A stretch of 63,163 nucleotides of DNA, counting the filler, from Phoronis australis (lineage: Eukaryota; Animalia; Phoronida), in assembly GCA_002633005.1 (NCBI GenBank). It is 4 parts of 4 records of this genome, joined end to end, with 100 filler letters (N's around TTAATTAATTAA, not from the genome) between each part and the next. Parts side by side here need not be neighbours in the genome. Positions count along the whole stretch, not along the records: positions 39,048 to 63,163 come from NMRA01000590.1; 3 more parts are not named here. One strand, 5' to 3'. The notes under the pieces are model-generated. The model was not told where the DNA came from and made no database searches. It saw only the letters and a list, made by a program, of their open reading frames with translations. Of this stretch, positions 40,146 through 52,663 are shown piece by piece. How positions within the stretch are numbered: the stretch's first letter is position 1; the number at the start of each line of letters is the position of its first letter. Position numbers and translations under genes: made by a program.

Positions 40146-40171
40146 GAGTTTAATAAACGAACAACACGTAT
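40146..40171 (-). CDS. ZP-domain protein, candidate 26-nt microexon
   Basis: ttattttattttttcagttttag|ATA..TC|gtacgc, phase 0-2, IRVVRLLNS; restores frame between the flanking exons. Confidence 0.45.
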
Positions 40172-40879
40172 CTAAAACTGAAAAAATAAAATAATTTATA
40201 ATTGTCTTCTTATTTTTAAAATCGGTGCATTACTAGAGAAATTAGCGAACATGTTTTCTTCAGCAGCGTGGCTGACCCACACGCTTGGAACACAACCAAT
40301 GTGGGGTGGGAATTGATTTGGGATAAATAAACATTACCAAAACAGTGATGCAATAAAGCATCACATACCTTCCAGGGTTTCAATAAACTTACTTTTTTCT
40401 CCAATTATAAATTAAAATAAATTTATTGATATTCATCAGCAATCTTTCCACAAATTAGCTAAAATCATATTTGAGACAAGTACAGTTATAGTTGACGGCG
40501 ACACATGATGTCAGTGGTGATTTAAGAGGCGCGTGACAAAGAAAGGGAGAAAGGGAGGTGGAAAGGGTTTCCCAGGCTTTCAAAAATGATATCAACAAGA
40601 ATATGAAAGCACGGTCAAATCTACGGAGACCTTTAAGGTTTGGAACATAACGTCAAGTGCAGTTTCCGAAGCCTGGCATAAACGCAGAAAAAATGTTGAC
40701 GAGTGGAGGCAACACAAGTACTGAGTAAAGACTGAAGAACTTGGTATTCTTTGAATGGTTTGAAAGTCAAATTTTCCGGCTTAATAAAATTCGAAGAAAT
40801 TTATTTGTGCAGCATCGGTGGAAGTCCGGTCTCCACCAGCCGCGAATAGGAGTGGTCTCATTAACTGAATGTGACAGTT

Positions 40880-41095
40880 ATGAACAGTTGCACGTGCACA
40901 GGACTCACTAATAGCAACCGGACAGTTAATATTTCACATTTTGCGTTTCCAAAACACTCTAAGAACGCCCAGAAATGGCACAGGTTTGTATGTCGGACAC
41001 GGTTATGGCAGCACACGGTGGAGCAAGCGATCGGTTCAGGGGCAACGCTTCGATCCGTCGCAGTAGCAGAGATTTGATGAAGGTTTCTTCAACGC
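40880..41095 (+). pseudogene. THAP zinc-finger remnant (transposon-derived)
   Basis: MNSCTCTGLTNS..SHFAFPK..AQKWHRFVCRTRLW matches the THAP pattern C-x4-C..FP..W..; the second Cys and the CxxHF end are decayed. Confidence 0.6.
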
Positions 41096-41259
41096 ATAAA
41101 TGCATTTGATGCACTAAAAGTGTAGTGTTTTAGCATTCTCCTTTAACACGGCTAGAAAAGTAGTTGTCAGGCCCATATTGAGTATGAGCAACTGCATCAA
41201 ACTATACGTGGCTGCAGTAAGTTCAAGGTTTTGTGGGGATGCATGTTATTCAGATTTAC

Positions 41260-41349
41260 GTCACGCTCAATAGTAGAAAATTGAAGGTAGGTGTCAGGCA
41301 AATAGTTTGAGGTCATGGCCGAAGCTGGGACATAGGCACGAGTCGGACA
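41260..41349 (-). CDS. ZP-domain protein exon (last ZP-C cysteine)
   Basis: atttctgtccag|TGT, phase 0-0, CPTRAYVPASAMTSNYLPDTYLQFSTIERD|gtaaat; completes C-x7-C-KPT-C. Confidence 0.65.
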
Positions 41350-41777
41350 CTGGACAGAAATAATCGGCGAATCACAACGGTACAAAGCTTTTATACTTTT
41401 GGAACAGGCAAGATAGAAAGGAGTGTGCTTTACGAGAAATAAAATCTAGTTGGCATGACTATAATTAGAAACGATCGTACACGACAACCGTTCTCGGCAT
41501 TCGAAGAAATGAACTCAATGACCGCTATTCGCGACTGTGCTTTGGCACTCAGGGTAAAAACTTCGGTTAGATTTACAGTCCGTGACAAATATTACTCGAC
41601 ACTAAAGTGGTTAGAAAATTAAATTGTGATGTAATAAAAGGCCATAACCACCACTCTGAAAGTAGAACTGTCCGTAGACTGACGACGCTCCCACTCGGCT
41701 TCACTGGCTGAAGACGCCGGTGCAGGAGAGTCGACTTCCAGACAACGTACACAATCAAGGCAAAATGCTTTCTTTTA

Positions 41778-41937
41778 CCGTAAAACCTCGAGTAAACGCC
41801 CCACTAACTGGATACCAGACGCTAAGAAACTGTAACACCAACTAAGCGCCCATAGGGTTTCTTCGGCACAATATTCCGAGTAAACGCCGATGAGCGTTTG
41901 ATTGGGTGAGTATACATGTATCTACGGAAAATTCCGG
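41778..41937. mobile_element. Short Tc1/mariner-type MITE related to 10594-11163
   Basis: TA|ccgtaaaacctcgagtaaacgcc .. tatctacggaaaattccgg|TA. Confidence 0.5.
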
Positions 41938-42436
41938 TAAGTCACCTTGAATCATCATCATGCAGCGCGTGCTACAGCGTTTGCTTGCAATAAAATTGTG
42001 CAGGCCAATACAAAAGTTTGGCTACCTTACATAAGTAGTAATTAGCAAAAATTTTGGGGCCCGTTTCGGGAGAATATCCCTGCAATAAACTTGTAACAGT
42101 CACGGATTTCAAAACCCAAATTTGTACCTTTTTATGTATAAGAATATAATACGCAATCTTCTTAGGGGCTATAGTGAACATTAAATAAATAAAAACCCAA
42201 AATCTCAAAACATTAATACCTGTCAGGCTTTCTTATTGAGAATACCCGTGCCTAACGCGGCTGTTTTTACTGTACATGTTCAGCGGTTGGCGACAAGGAG
42301 TGCATAGCGGTTAGTTCCAAAAACAACGGCTCCGGCGAATGGGTGACACTGCTTCAAGTGGCATTCCACTTTAGGTGAAAGGTACAACCCGCAATTTCCC
42401 AGTTTCATCAGTTTTTGTTCGAATCAAAATTGTATA

Positions 42437-42737
42437 CAGGAGCGGAGCCAGGATTTTGAGTTGGGTGTGGTGCAGGGCACAGGAATAGCCAGTTTCGGCA
42501 GATGCGCGCGCCCAGCCTAAATTGTAGGGATGCAGGGGTCTCTAATCTTCAGGTTTGCGGACCTTTTGACTAAAAAAAGGGGGTTTGTTCAGGGCCTATG
42601 CAGTGTTTATTCACCCCCGAGTCCCCCGGTTACGCGCATATGCTAGTCAACAATTCGCACCCAAACTGCCAAATGATATCTGGTAGAATTTTAGGGGGCC
42701 CACGGCCCCCTTGCCCCCACCCCTAAATCTGCCACTG
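42437..42737. mobile_element. hAT5-like MITE, about 300 bp
   Basis: caggagcgga..atctgccactg ends; perfect 5-bp TSD gtata; colinear with the 12497 copy. Confidence 0.85.
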
Positions 42738-42831
42738 GTATACCAACAAGTCATTGGGGATATCACGCATGCTTGCAGCGGTAAAACCAAGTTTGTACGT
42801 CATCAACTGAAGGCACTTGTGAAGTATAGAT

Positions 42832-42832
<1 letters not shown>

Positions 42833-42918
<86 letters not shown>
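42833..42918. repeat. Compound microsatellite (TATC)n(TA)n
   Basis: Directly visible. Confidence 0.97.
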
Positions 42919-42919
<1 letters not shown>

Positions 42920-44442
42920 TATTTAAATTCATGTTAACCTCAAAATTGCGGACTTTTTCTACCCGCTTTCCAAAGGGCTGGAGCCAACATACATACGACA
43001 AAAACATAATTAAATCAGCAATATATTCGACAACAACCTACCATCATCACACAAAAATGACAACAAGAAACATAGGATGAGTCAGAGTGCATTGAAGCCA
43101 TCCAAAAATGGGGAGGTGTCGTGGCCTCACAACATTTTTTTCCAAATTTTATAAAAAGCCGTCAAGGAACTCACAGCAGTAGTCGAATAAATCTCTCTGC
43201 TGTCAAGTTAGTAAGCATACAACTTCAAAATTGGAAAAAACATCTTATACGGTAATGCAGTCTTTGGTGTGAAAAAATGTCACAAAGGGCACCACAGTAT
43301 TTGGACAAGTTTCAAAATTCACATCAGATACATGTATGCTCTTGTCTGTTGGAAAACTTCTGGCAATATTCCTAATGGTCCTCCACTTGATTTGGCAGAT
43401 ACAGAGGCAGAAGGTAAAAAACAGACTACAAAAGTAATTTAAATGACCACTAGGATGCGCAGAATTCGTCTAATTTATCACAAATAGGAAAGATGCTGGC
43501 GTTTTCTTCGGAAAATCATCGTCAACCAGCGTCTCCAAAATAAGTTCACAACTTTCACAATCATCCTTAGAGTGGTTTGGTTAATTGAGGGGCGGAGGCC
43601 AAACACAGACTAGAAAATAGTAAAAATGACCACTAGATGGCGAAAAATACGTCGAATTCGGCCAATCGAAAGCGCGAAATGTAAATATGTGGGGCGGCAG
43701 AAATGCTTCGCAAGATGGGTTGAACGTGCATGCACACTCTTGAATCTGGTGCTTACCCACATGTAGCTGCTTTGAACCACTACGTAGATATCAGTTTTAA
43801 AACAAAGAGTGAATCCCTTCTGTAATTACTGAAGGGCGCCTTTTTGGGCGGAATATTCAATCTTTATATCAAGCATATCTCACGTTATTGTGACAATTTG
43901 GGATGCTTTGACAACTTGGTCATGTACTATTATACAGAGCACCTCCAAAATGGCCAAAAGCTACTATAATAAATAAATAAATACATACATACATACCTTC
44001 GCAAAATTGGTCAACATTTATTGAATTTTGCCGTTCCCGGCTAATTGGGGTTAATGTAAACTCATTTTAAACCGTATGGTGACAGACATGTTCAAGATCT
44101 ACAGAAACACCATCAAGACATTTTCTTTCTTGTTCTGATAAACTGTTTACTTTTTTACGTATTTAAACTCTTTGAATCCAAAATGGGCTATTTTTGGCCA
44201 AAATATTATGATGTTATAACTTAAAAATAATGGCCCAAAATTTGAAATAAATATTTTGAACATATCTCACCAGAATGTATGAACGCACAAATCGTTTTTA
44301 AGATCAGAGACGGTGACCCTTGAGTCGACCTTTCGGTGCTCTCGTGGGAGGGAAGGTAATTCTGCACAGACTGGGACGCACCACAATTACGCCTGAGGCC
44401 TGATGTTTGTATATCATTGATCTATCCTCTGGCCGCGCTCTC

Positions 44443-44705
44443 GGTCTATACAGGACGAGCAACGCTACATACTCTAGGCGTCTAGAAGGTCTCTACATGT
44501 CGAGCAATGCTACATACTGTAAGCGTCTAGGTCTATACATGACGAGCAATGCTACATACTGTAAGTGTCTAGGTCTCTACATGTCGAGCAATGCTACATA
44601 CTGTAAGTGTCTATGTCTATACATGACGAGCAATGCAACATACTGTAAGTGTCTAGGTCTCTACATGTCGAGCAATGCTACATACTGTAAGCGTCTAGAA
44701 GGTCT
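44443..44705. repeat. 42-bp minisatellite x6 with alternating A/B units
   Basis: ggtct(a/c)tacatg(a/t)cgagcaatgctacatactgtaag(c/t)gtcta units. Confidence 0.95.
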
Positions 44706-44816
44706 TTTAGCTGTATATGCATGTCTCCTACAGTACACATTATCGATGAACTCATAAATTTATGTTAAGGCAAATTTCGGGGGATTTCCAAAAAGACAAC
44801 AACCGGCCATGTTCTT

Positions 44817-45163
44817 GTTTGGTTTTCATGTTAATTAGATATCAAATCAATAGTAAATGAAGCAGTCCATACCGTTTGGTTTTCATGTTAATTAGATATC
44901 AAATCAATAGTAAATGAAGCAGTTCATACCGTTTGGTTTTCATGTTAATTAGATATCAAATCAATAGTAAATGAAGCAGTCCATATCGTTGGTTTTCATG
45001 TTAATTAGATATCAAATCAATAGTAAATGAAGCAGTCCATACCGTTGGTTTTCATGTTAATTAGATATCAAATCAATAGTAAATGAAGCAGTCCATAACG
45101 TTGGTTTTCATGTTAATTAAATATCAAATCAATAGTAAATGAAGCAGTCCATACCGTTGGTTT
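44817..45163. repeat. 56-57-bp minisatellite x6 overlapping a splice donor
   Basis: Units start at 44821, 44878, 44935, 44991, 45047 and 45103; the last unit contains the exon/intron junction at 45155. Confidence 0.95.
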
Positions 45164-45350
45164 GCAGTTCACGTCATCTGTAGTCACACATATCGCCACT
45201 TCGACCTCAACTGTTATCGTCGCGGATGCTGGGGGTGAAAACATAACCATGTTTACTAAACTTGAATAGACGGCAATGATGCCAAAAGGAGTCCGCAAAC
45301 CTCTTTGCTGCGCAACATTAGCAGTAGACCTTTCCAGGCCAGTCGTGCAC
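45155..45350 (-). CDS. ZP-domain protein exon (ZP-C second half)
   Basis: tgtttctcag|G TGC..ACG|gtatgg, phase 2-0; CTTGLERS..NMVMFSPPASATITVEVEVAICVTTDDVNCKPT. Confidence 0.8.
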
Positions 45351-45975
45351 CTGAGAAACAAGTAAAAATTCCGTGTTATTGTCGGGCTATGATATCACAA
45401 CTAACTTTTTAGCAGTCAAGACAGCACCTTGCTGCCAGTTAACGTAATGTAAGGCCTACTAGAGAAACCCACCATTCCAAACAAACATGTAGAAAAAGAG
45501 AGTTTCCAGATTATGTTGTCTTCATGACCTTTCTATAGTCAATGAGTGAAGATTGTGTACGTGTTTGGTGACTAGGGCAGTGCACTGAGAATAAAATGCA
45601 AAGCCATAAAGCACGAGTTTCGCGACAAAACAGAAATGCGGTAACCAAACAATTAAAATGTTTACCTGTTGGAGATTAACAGTGATGTTCTTGACCATGC
45701 AACAACGGTATTGTCGTATGCTGGCCATATTATGCGTGTAGAACGAAACTGGTAGATATTATTATTCTCTATCGACAAACCGTTACAAGACGTAGGGCAT
45801 GACTTGCGCTGCACGTTTCAGGCACTACCACTAGGTGAAATACATGTATAGCATACAACATAAGTGTCCCTTATGCTATATAACCACCCAAAACTGGTTC
45901 TTTCCCCTGATATTACTCTTTTAGTACTTCTCCACATCGTGTACATCCCATTTACCAATGTTTAATTCCACTCAC

Positions 45976-46060
45976 TCGTCCACTAAATGTCCCAACTCAT
46001 TCCTATTGGTGGTGCGTGCAAGTTTTGTTGCATAGTATGACAGTGTCTTTATTCCATGTA
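45976..46060 (-). CDS. ZP-domain protein exon (ZP-C middle)
   Basis: Long AG-free T-rich tract then aag|TA..GA|gtgagt, phase 1-2; IHGIKTLSYYATKLARTTNRNELGHLVDE; frame-compatible on both sides. Confidence 0.7.
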
Positions 46061-48055
46061 CTTTGAGGCCATTGACAACAAGTATGCGAAAATATATTAA
46101 AGTCGCAATAAGTACATAAAATGTGAACTTAACGAAGAAATAGTAATTCATCACTAATTAGAGTATCCTCCCAATTTCTGTCTTAAAATAAAAACACAAT
46201 GAACAAATTTAGACAATGTAACACGTAAATTTTCATCATAACTAGTTAATAACCTTTAAATCTGCTGGCGGTTGGCTCACATCTGGATTGCGCTGCGATA
46301 AACATAATTCCTTTGACACAAATACAGTGCGCAAAAACAAATACAACGAAGCAAGTTTTCGCAAACATAAAAAAGAATGTTACAAATTCCCGCCATTAAC
46401 CTGTTACTATCAAAAGAAAGTGAACTTTCGAAAACGATCCTCGTAGTGGACGAACTGCCAAAGTATATAATGGTACAGTTGTGTTAAATGTACACTGTAC
46501 GCCCCTTTGACTTGTTTTCACTTCTTTATTTCATCCCTGATCAGTAGGCGAAATTGACGTTTCGCATTTTTGGGTATGAACATTATGTTAAAGGGCTATT
46601 AATAAAACCAAAAGTTCTTGACTTCTACGCTTCATGGCAATCAGGCACTATGTGAGACAAAAATCTACATTATACATTTACAAGCAGGCCTACACTAAAC
46701 TCTGCCAATGTCGGTGCGAAGAACAGCGTACTGGTTTCCCTTGTAATGAAAGTAATGCACTCAAAAAAGCAGGTGCTTACTCCAACTCAAAACATTTACC
46801 TCTTTCGGGCATCGAACCCTGCCCAAAGTCACAACTTTACTCACGCGTGAGGTCAGATGCACGATTGCAGTAGCAATGTATTAATATAATTACCACTGTA
46901 TAAAATGTAGAGCTGGAATGCCAAGTTCAAATTCGGAGTTTGCCCCACGCATGCGTGGAAGTTGTTTGCATTCGCTTGTTCCAGCGTTTTTGTTACTGTG
47001 GCTTACGGTGGAATGTTTAGTACAAACACAGTAAGCTTAGAACGTTTACCCCCGAGAACATCTCCCAATTAACTTTCTTTTATTTGGAATATTTTGTTTT
47101 CTAATAATCCCAAACATGTTCAAACGGAAGAGCATTTGTTTGTATCTCAGCGATTCGGGAGGCCGTCCGTGGGTACTACATCTGCTTAGCAGCTTGGTGT
47201 AACATACAGCCATCTAATTCAATTAAAATAATTTCAAAAGTTTCCAATTTAATTAAAATATGGCCATATGATCAAGCACAACCCGGTGAGTTCTAATAAC
47301 CAATATATATATATGATAAAAGGTCACCTTATGTCCCGTTTTTAGGTTTTTCGTTTATTTGCAATTAAGTCTTACCTTCCAGCAATCACATCAATGCTCA
47401 ATCCATTATCTGATTTGTAGGTGACCTTCGTAATTATTGCAAGACCCTTATACAACCCATTACCTACAAGATCAAGAGAAGAGAATGACAACGATTTCGA
47501 AAAGATTTCCAGTAACAGTCTAATAACCACAAAGGGTACATGCACTCATAACGGATCTAGAAATGCTTGGTAGTATAAGGTTTTTTCATTGTTTTATGTT
47601 GAGATGGCCTTCCTGTAGCTGGGTTATAATCATGACAATTTTGAGCTTTTTAAAATATGCAAAGTAAGGCTGAAATTATGTAAAATTCTATTTTTGCTTA
47701 CAAGTTTCTTATCATGTAACACGGGTAGATCATTTTGATGTTTTTATCTATGTTTCCAAAGTCAGTGAATTCAGTGAAGCTAGAATACAAAGGTGGATAG
47801 AATGAACTATTTAATTTAAGGCCACCGTTACTCAAAACTCCTTAAACTTGACAAAGACATCAAAAATGCTCCATATACAGTGACCAAGTTCATGCTTTTA
47901 TGTTCTAGCTGCAAATTATGGAATTCCGGTAGTCTTTGGGAATGGACTTTGGTCATCATGTGAAGAGCTTTTTACCGTTGGATTGTGGAGATCAGGGTTG
48001 CATATCTGCTGGTTTGGTGTCATCTGATAATGCAGAGTTGAAGATTAAGGAATCA

Positions 48056-49456
48056 TAGACTCTATTCACGCGGTGGACATTTAAATCCAAAGCGAGGCTC
48101 ACTGCGATAAACAAAGCGGAAATTTACATTGCGTGAGTTAAATGGCCGGTCTTTGGAGTCCAACCTGAATATAATATCTTAGAAAATATGTCAATAATTA
48201 ACCTCAGAGACGTAGAAAAATACAGTTAAAGAACAAGTCAATGCACCAAAGAGTTGTCTGACAAAAGGATATGTGTTTTTTTCCGGGAAAACTATGTTCG
48301 AAACATGAAAAGTAAACATCACCAAATTGCGGCGATCGTAGTGTTACGGATAAGGTACTATGCTGAATGCAGGGTTAGGTTTCTTCTAATAAATTCTTGA
48401 TAAAAATGCTTTCTACACGAACCAGGTCATCTGGTCGTATTGTTGACGAGTTGAAGATATATTCGACAGTGGTGGCTCATAGCATTTTGCTGTCATGTGC
48501 AATTAGTCTCATCTGGTTTAATTTGATGATCAAGAGTAAGCCTATTAGCTTCAAGCATAGCTTAAGTCCTGGTGAGGTAAGCACTACAGGGACTAACAGT
48601 TGATTTGTCCCTGATCTGAAATAATGCTTGATGTTATTAAATATATATTTTGATTACGATAAAAAACTAGGCTCGCAATTGAAAATAAAAATTATATGAC
48701 CATCAATTCTGCTTTCTTGGTTTTAATAATTACGTCTATTTCATATGTTATATTTTTGAAATATCAATCGACCAAGTTAAATTTGAAAATTAAAAACCTA
48801 ATCCTTTCGTCCAAAGCATAACCTCGTTTTAGAGCTCAATTTCAGTTAACTGGACAGAACACAGTGGCGGATTTAGGAGCCAAAGGGCTATGCCCCACCC
48901 CCCTTATATCCGCCTATGATTTTGAACTTTTTCAAATTGTCACCTCTGTGGTCACAGGTTATTTGAACCGTTGGAGAGAAATTTTCAATCACAAAGGGAA
49001 TTTTTAGGCCTCGTGGCCGGGAATTTCGCGTGATTTTTCAATATTTTTGAGAGGGGAATAGGGCCGATATTTGGCTCCAAAATTGAGGGACTGAGGGCCC
49101 CGTCCTTTTTGTAAAGAAAAATGCATCGCGCTTCAACCCATAGTCATGAAAACACAGCCTGGCTGGCCGAAGATTCTCCGATCCTCGTTGCTATGGCGGC
49201 ATCCAATCAGAGATGCGACAAATTATGATTCGAAAACAGTTATAAATTTTACATGGACATATTTTCCCTCGTCACGGCGTATGCCAAGGAATCAACGCTT
49301 CCGAATCCCAATGTCCTTAGGGATTGCAAAGCAGCGTGTCCGTATTTTTTCTAGCTGTTCGAGCAACGTGGAGTACAACTACGCGGATAAGCCACCAGAG
49401 CTATCGTAGCGAGCCTCGTTTTGGAACGCGCCTCCTGTCGGCGTGAATAGGGTCTA
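48056..49456. mobile_element. Non-autonomous TIR element with TAG..CTA termini (Academ-like; superfamily uncertain)
   Basis: tagactctattcacgc / gcgtgaatagggtcta (15 of 16 match); no clean TSD. Contains a hAT-like mini-MITE at 48862-48918. Confidence 0.55.
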
Positions 49457-50062
49457 TAGCTTGGCTAAATCATTGGGCAGTTAGTACAGTTACACTCAGC
49501 CCACCGGTATAGACAAGATGACTCAGGACGAATAGTATGATATGTCTTGTGAAATTGGGTGTAATTCCATTATGTGCACTGAAAGTGGACCCCCCTCAGA
49601 TATTTAAGCGTTTGTTGAAATTAGCACGATATAGATTTGATAAAATTTATAGTTAAGGTTTACAGATCTTAACAACATACCCTGGGGTATTCTAATATTG
49701 GTAGTAAATGTTCTTTATAGACTTAAAGCCGTCATCTTATACACGACATACTTGGTTCCCTTTCAAGATTGATTTATGGCCTCAAAAAGTGTATTACGTA
49801 AAGAAGTAGGTTATGTCAACGTTCCTGTCCACGGACCCGTTTTTGACAGGAACGTCATGCCTTTTAAAGATTTGTTCTGCCATCCCCCTTTCTAAAACCA
49901 GCCTGAGCTTCGTTAAATAAGTCGTTATTGTTGGCTCAACTTGTTAGACAAGAGCTAGTTTACAAGTTTCGTAAAAATCTTCCCGAGAACAGACAAAAGT
50001 GAAATACCCCGATAATTATTTACGTCATTGACGTTCCCTTGCTTATGCAAGAGTCACACCAG

Positions 50063-50199
50063 GCTCAGTTCAGTAACGCTGGGACCTCGCTAAAAAGCAA
50101 GACTTTACGAGATTACGTGAGATATTGCCGTGTATTTTGAATAAAAGCACGTGACTTTGGCTAGATATTAGCTAGGTCCTAGCGTTACTGAACCCACAC
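50063..50199. mobile_element. Short TIR element inserted in the LINE
   Basis: gttcagtaacgctgggacct / aggtcctagcgttactgaac TIRs; flanks cag/ctg; same family as 28338-28623. Confidence 0.8.
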
Positions 50200-50284
50200 C
50201 TGGACTGATGAAATTCCCCTGATCGTAGAGCACCATTAAAAATCTAGGTCAAAACAGGTGCTATATAATCTTTGGTGGATTAAA

Positions 50285-51411
50285 CAGCCGATTTCATGAA
50301 GGTGGTTTTACAAAACCATTTTTAAGACTTAAAACTGGTCTTCCTAAACCTGGTCTAATTTTAGACCTAACAAACGTGGTTTAAAAGTCTGAAAGCCTGG
50401 TTTTGTTAGACCAGGGAGCCGGTTTAATAAAACCAGGTTTAAAGTATCTAAGCCACCCTGTTGTGTCGATCTGGATTAACTCAATAAAGAAACTATTGAA
50501 GTGCTTCGATGAAACCGTTATCGCGTGGGTATACAATGGCACCCACTAGTAGAATGAGTGCAGACATTTGCGCAAAGGGTTTAAGAGCTTTTCTCACGAG
50601 CAAAAATGTAATGTCTGTGCCCAACACACGTACACACATTAAAACATATGCTCACGATTATCCACAACATGATAAATGTCCAAATTTATTTTTGTGCCAA
50701 AGAGGGCAAGACCCCTTCCCGGAAACATTGAATCAGAGACCAATGGAGCTGGAACTCAGAAAAATGAGAAGATGCTGTCTCCAGTCAAACACGTGGCGCT
50801 TACGACGACGACACCCTGCTCGACCAGTCGCATTCTGAGGAATCCGCAGGACACCATCCAGCACCTGCTTGTCTACACATAGGCGGATTCAAGGGGGTCA
50901 AGGGGTCCGGATCCGCTTTTCCCTTAATTTTAGTGATATCAAAACTATAATTTTCAAATTGTTGACTTAGGCCCCTCTTTCAAAAAGTCCTTGACCGAAC
51001 CCTGTAAAAAGCGTGGATCCGCCCCAGCTACGTTTGATCTAATGTCGGCGTCAAGCTGAATATTGAAAATAGTCGATTTTCTCTCTAAAACTGTGTCGTA
51101 AATGCACACCGAGGCATCATTCAGTTGTAGCTATATCATTTAAATCTGTCCTATTTAACAGTTAAACTTGGGGCTGACCAAGTCTAAAGTTAAACCTGGT
51201 TTAAGATCTTAATGCAGGTCTAAAGGATATAGACCTAGCTGGTGAAATGAAAGTTGAATTAGACCAGGTCTAAATTGGGGTTAAACTAGATTTTACTAGA
51301 CCACTGGTCTAAGAGTTAAGCCACATTTATGAAATGCAGATTATCTTTAAACCTAGTCTAAGTCCAGTTTAAACCAGGTTTAAATTCAAACCACCTTTAT
51401 GAAATCGGCTG
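50285..51411. mobile_element. Harbinger-like non-autonomous element inserted in the LINE
   Basis: TIRs cagccgatttcatgaaggtggttt / aaaccacctttatgaaatcggctg; 3-bp TSD aaa; subterminal tta(a/g)acc(a/t)gg repeats; LINE coding sequence resumes on both sides. Confidence 0.75.
50878..51027. mobile_element. hAT5-like MITE nested in the Harbinger-like element
   Basis: cataggcggat..atccgccccag; flanks ctaca/ctacg. Confidence 0.7.
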
Positions 51412-52620
51412 AAAGAGTTCATAAACGATTTCGACAACACTGGAAGCTTTACCGTTCGGTAGGTCTCGAAGAGCGACAAAAATCTCATTTCACTAAAATC
51501 ATGATCCAGTTGATTTGTGTCGTCTACCAGACAGTCATTACAATACACATCATGACTTGTCAAGTTTCTTTCTATTTGTCCAAGCATGCGTCCATTATTA
51601 GAATTTTCTTGGTTAAAGAGTGACTGAAAGTGGCAAAACAATTCATCGGCAGAAATACATGTAGAAGTATCTGAGGGTCATTTTCCTAGAGCATGATTTT
51701 ACTACTGTAGTTGCCAAAAAGCTCTGGGATTGTTAACATTTTCAATATTTTTTTCCCAGACCATATTTAACTAACTTTTCTTTTGACTTACAATTCACAT
51801 TGAATTTTTGTCGCAATTCTTTGTACTTATTAAAAGTAACCTGATTATTATGGTGTCGGAAACCAGACAACGCACAATTTTTCTCTCTTTTCAGTAGCTC
51901 TAACAAATTTAACCGCGACACTGGAGTGTACAATCATGTCGCAGGCAGATGATTTATACCGTTCCTTTAAGAACAGAACTGCGTCTTCCACTGCTCTCAA
52001 TTAGATTTGCAATATCACTCGAGCACACTTGGAACCCACTAACAAACTTGTCCATGAACTGACTGCAGCTTTCAGTCTTCCATCTAACTTTGTCATATTC
52101 ACGGACGACATAATTTGTGCTATGAACAGTGTGATCCTGTGAATGAGTAAAGCTATGAAAAACACAAAAAGAAGAAGATCATCAGATACATCCGATAAAT
52201 CAACTTTAAAATCTGATACAAAATCAAACAATTCAATAGAAAATAGTACGTAATCAACTACACCACACCCTTTATTAGATAAACAAGTAAACTCTTCTTC
52301 CTCATCACCTGGAAATCTACCAATACATGCATGGATATTCAACTCGAAACACATTCCCACAAATGATTTTCCAAGTGAATTAATAACATGATCTTTATTA
52401 ATCTTTGAAAAATTAAAGGTATCTGAGTCATACCATTCAGGTGAGGGCAAAAACTCTGCTGAGTCTTCTTGAATACAATCGAGAAATAAGAAACATATAT
52501 GTCGAAGCCGAGTCCTAAACAGATGGATGTAAGCAACAGAGAATTTTTACTTGAATCAGTTTTTGGCCACAATAACATTAAAAACCGGACAATCGCCGCA
52601 CAAATAAAAAAGTTCATGTT

Positions 52621-52663
52621 CAATTCAACATTTCGTCTTTTCATTAGACATCATCAGGATCAT
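52621..52663 (-). ncRNA. Minimal hammerhead ribozyme motif (mutated copy)
   Basis: Reverse complement reads CTGATGA-t-gtct(aatgaaa)agac-GAAA-tgtt. Confidence 0.5.

Larger units (their letters stand above)
49860..52479 (-). mobile_element. CR1/L2-group LINE ORF2 remnant (APE endonuclease C-half to start of RT), interrupted by nested insertions
   Basis: GRFPGDEEEEFTCLSNKGCGVVDY; NNPRAFW; LPNGKASS; HKQGNVNDVNNYRGISLLSVLGKIFTK; EAQAGFRKG. Confidence 0.85.

Noticed and set aside
44407-44757. Cys-repeat ORF (GLYMSSNATYCKCL)n
   Set aside because: By-product of a 42-bp (multiple of 3) minisatellite, antisense within an intron, with a non-ATG start and no exon support.
44817-45163. Regular 56-57-bp repeat as CRISPR
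   Set aside because: Pure tandem units with no spacers.
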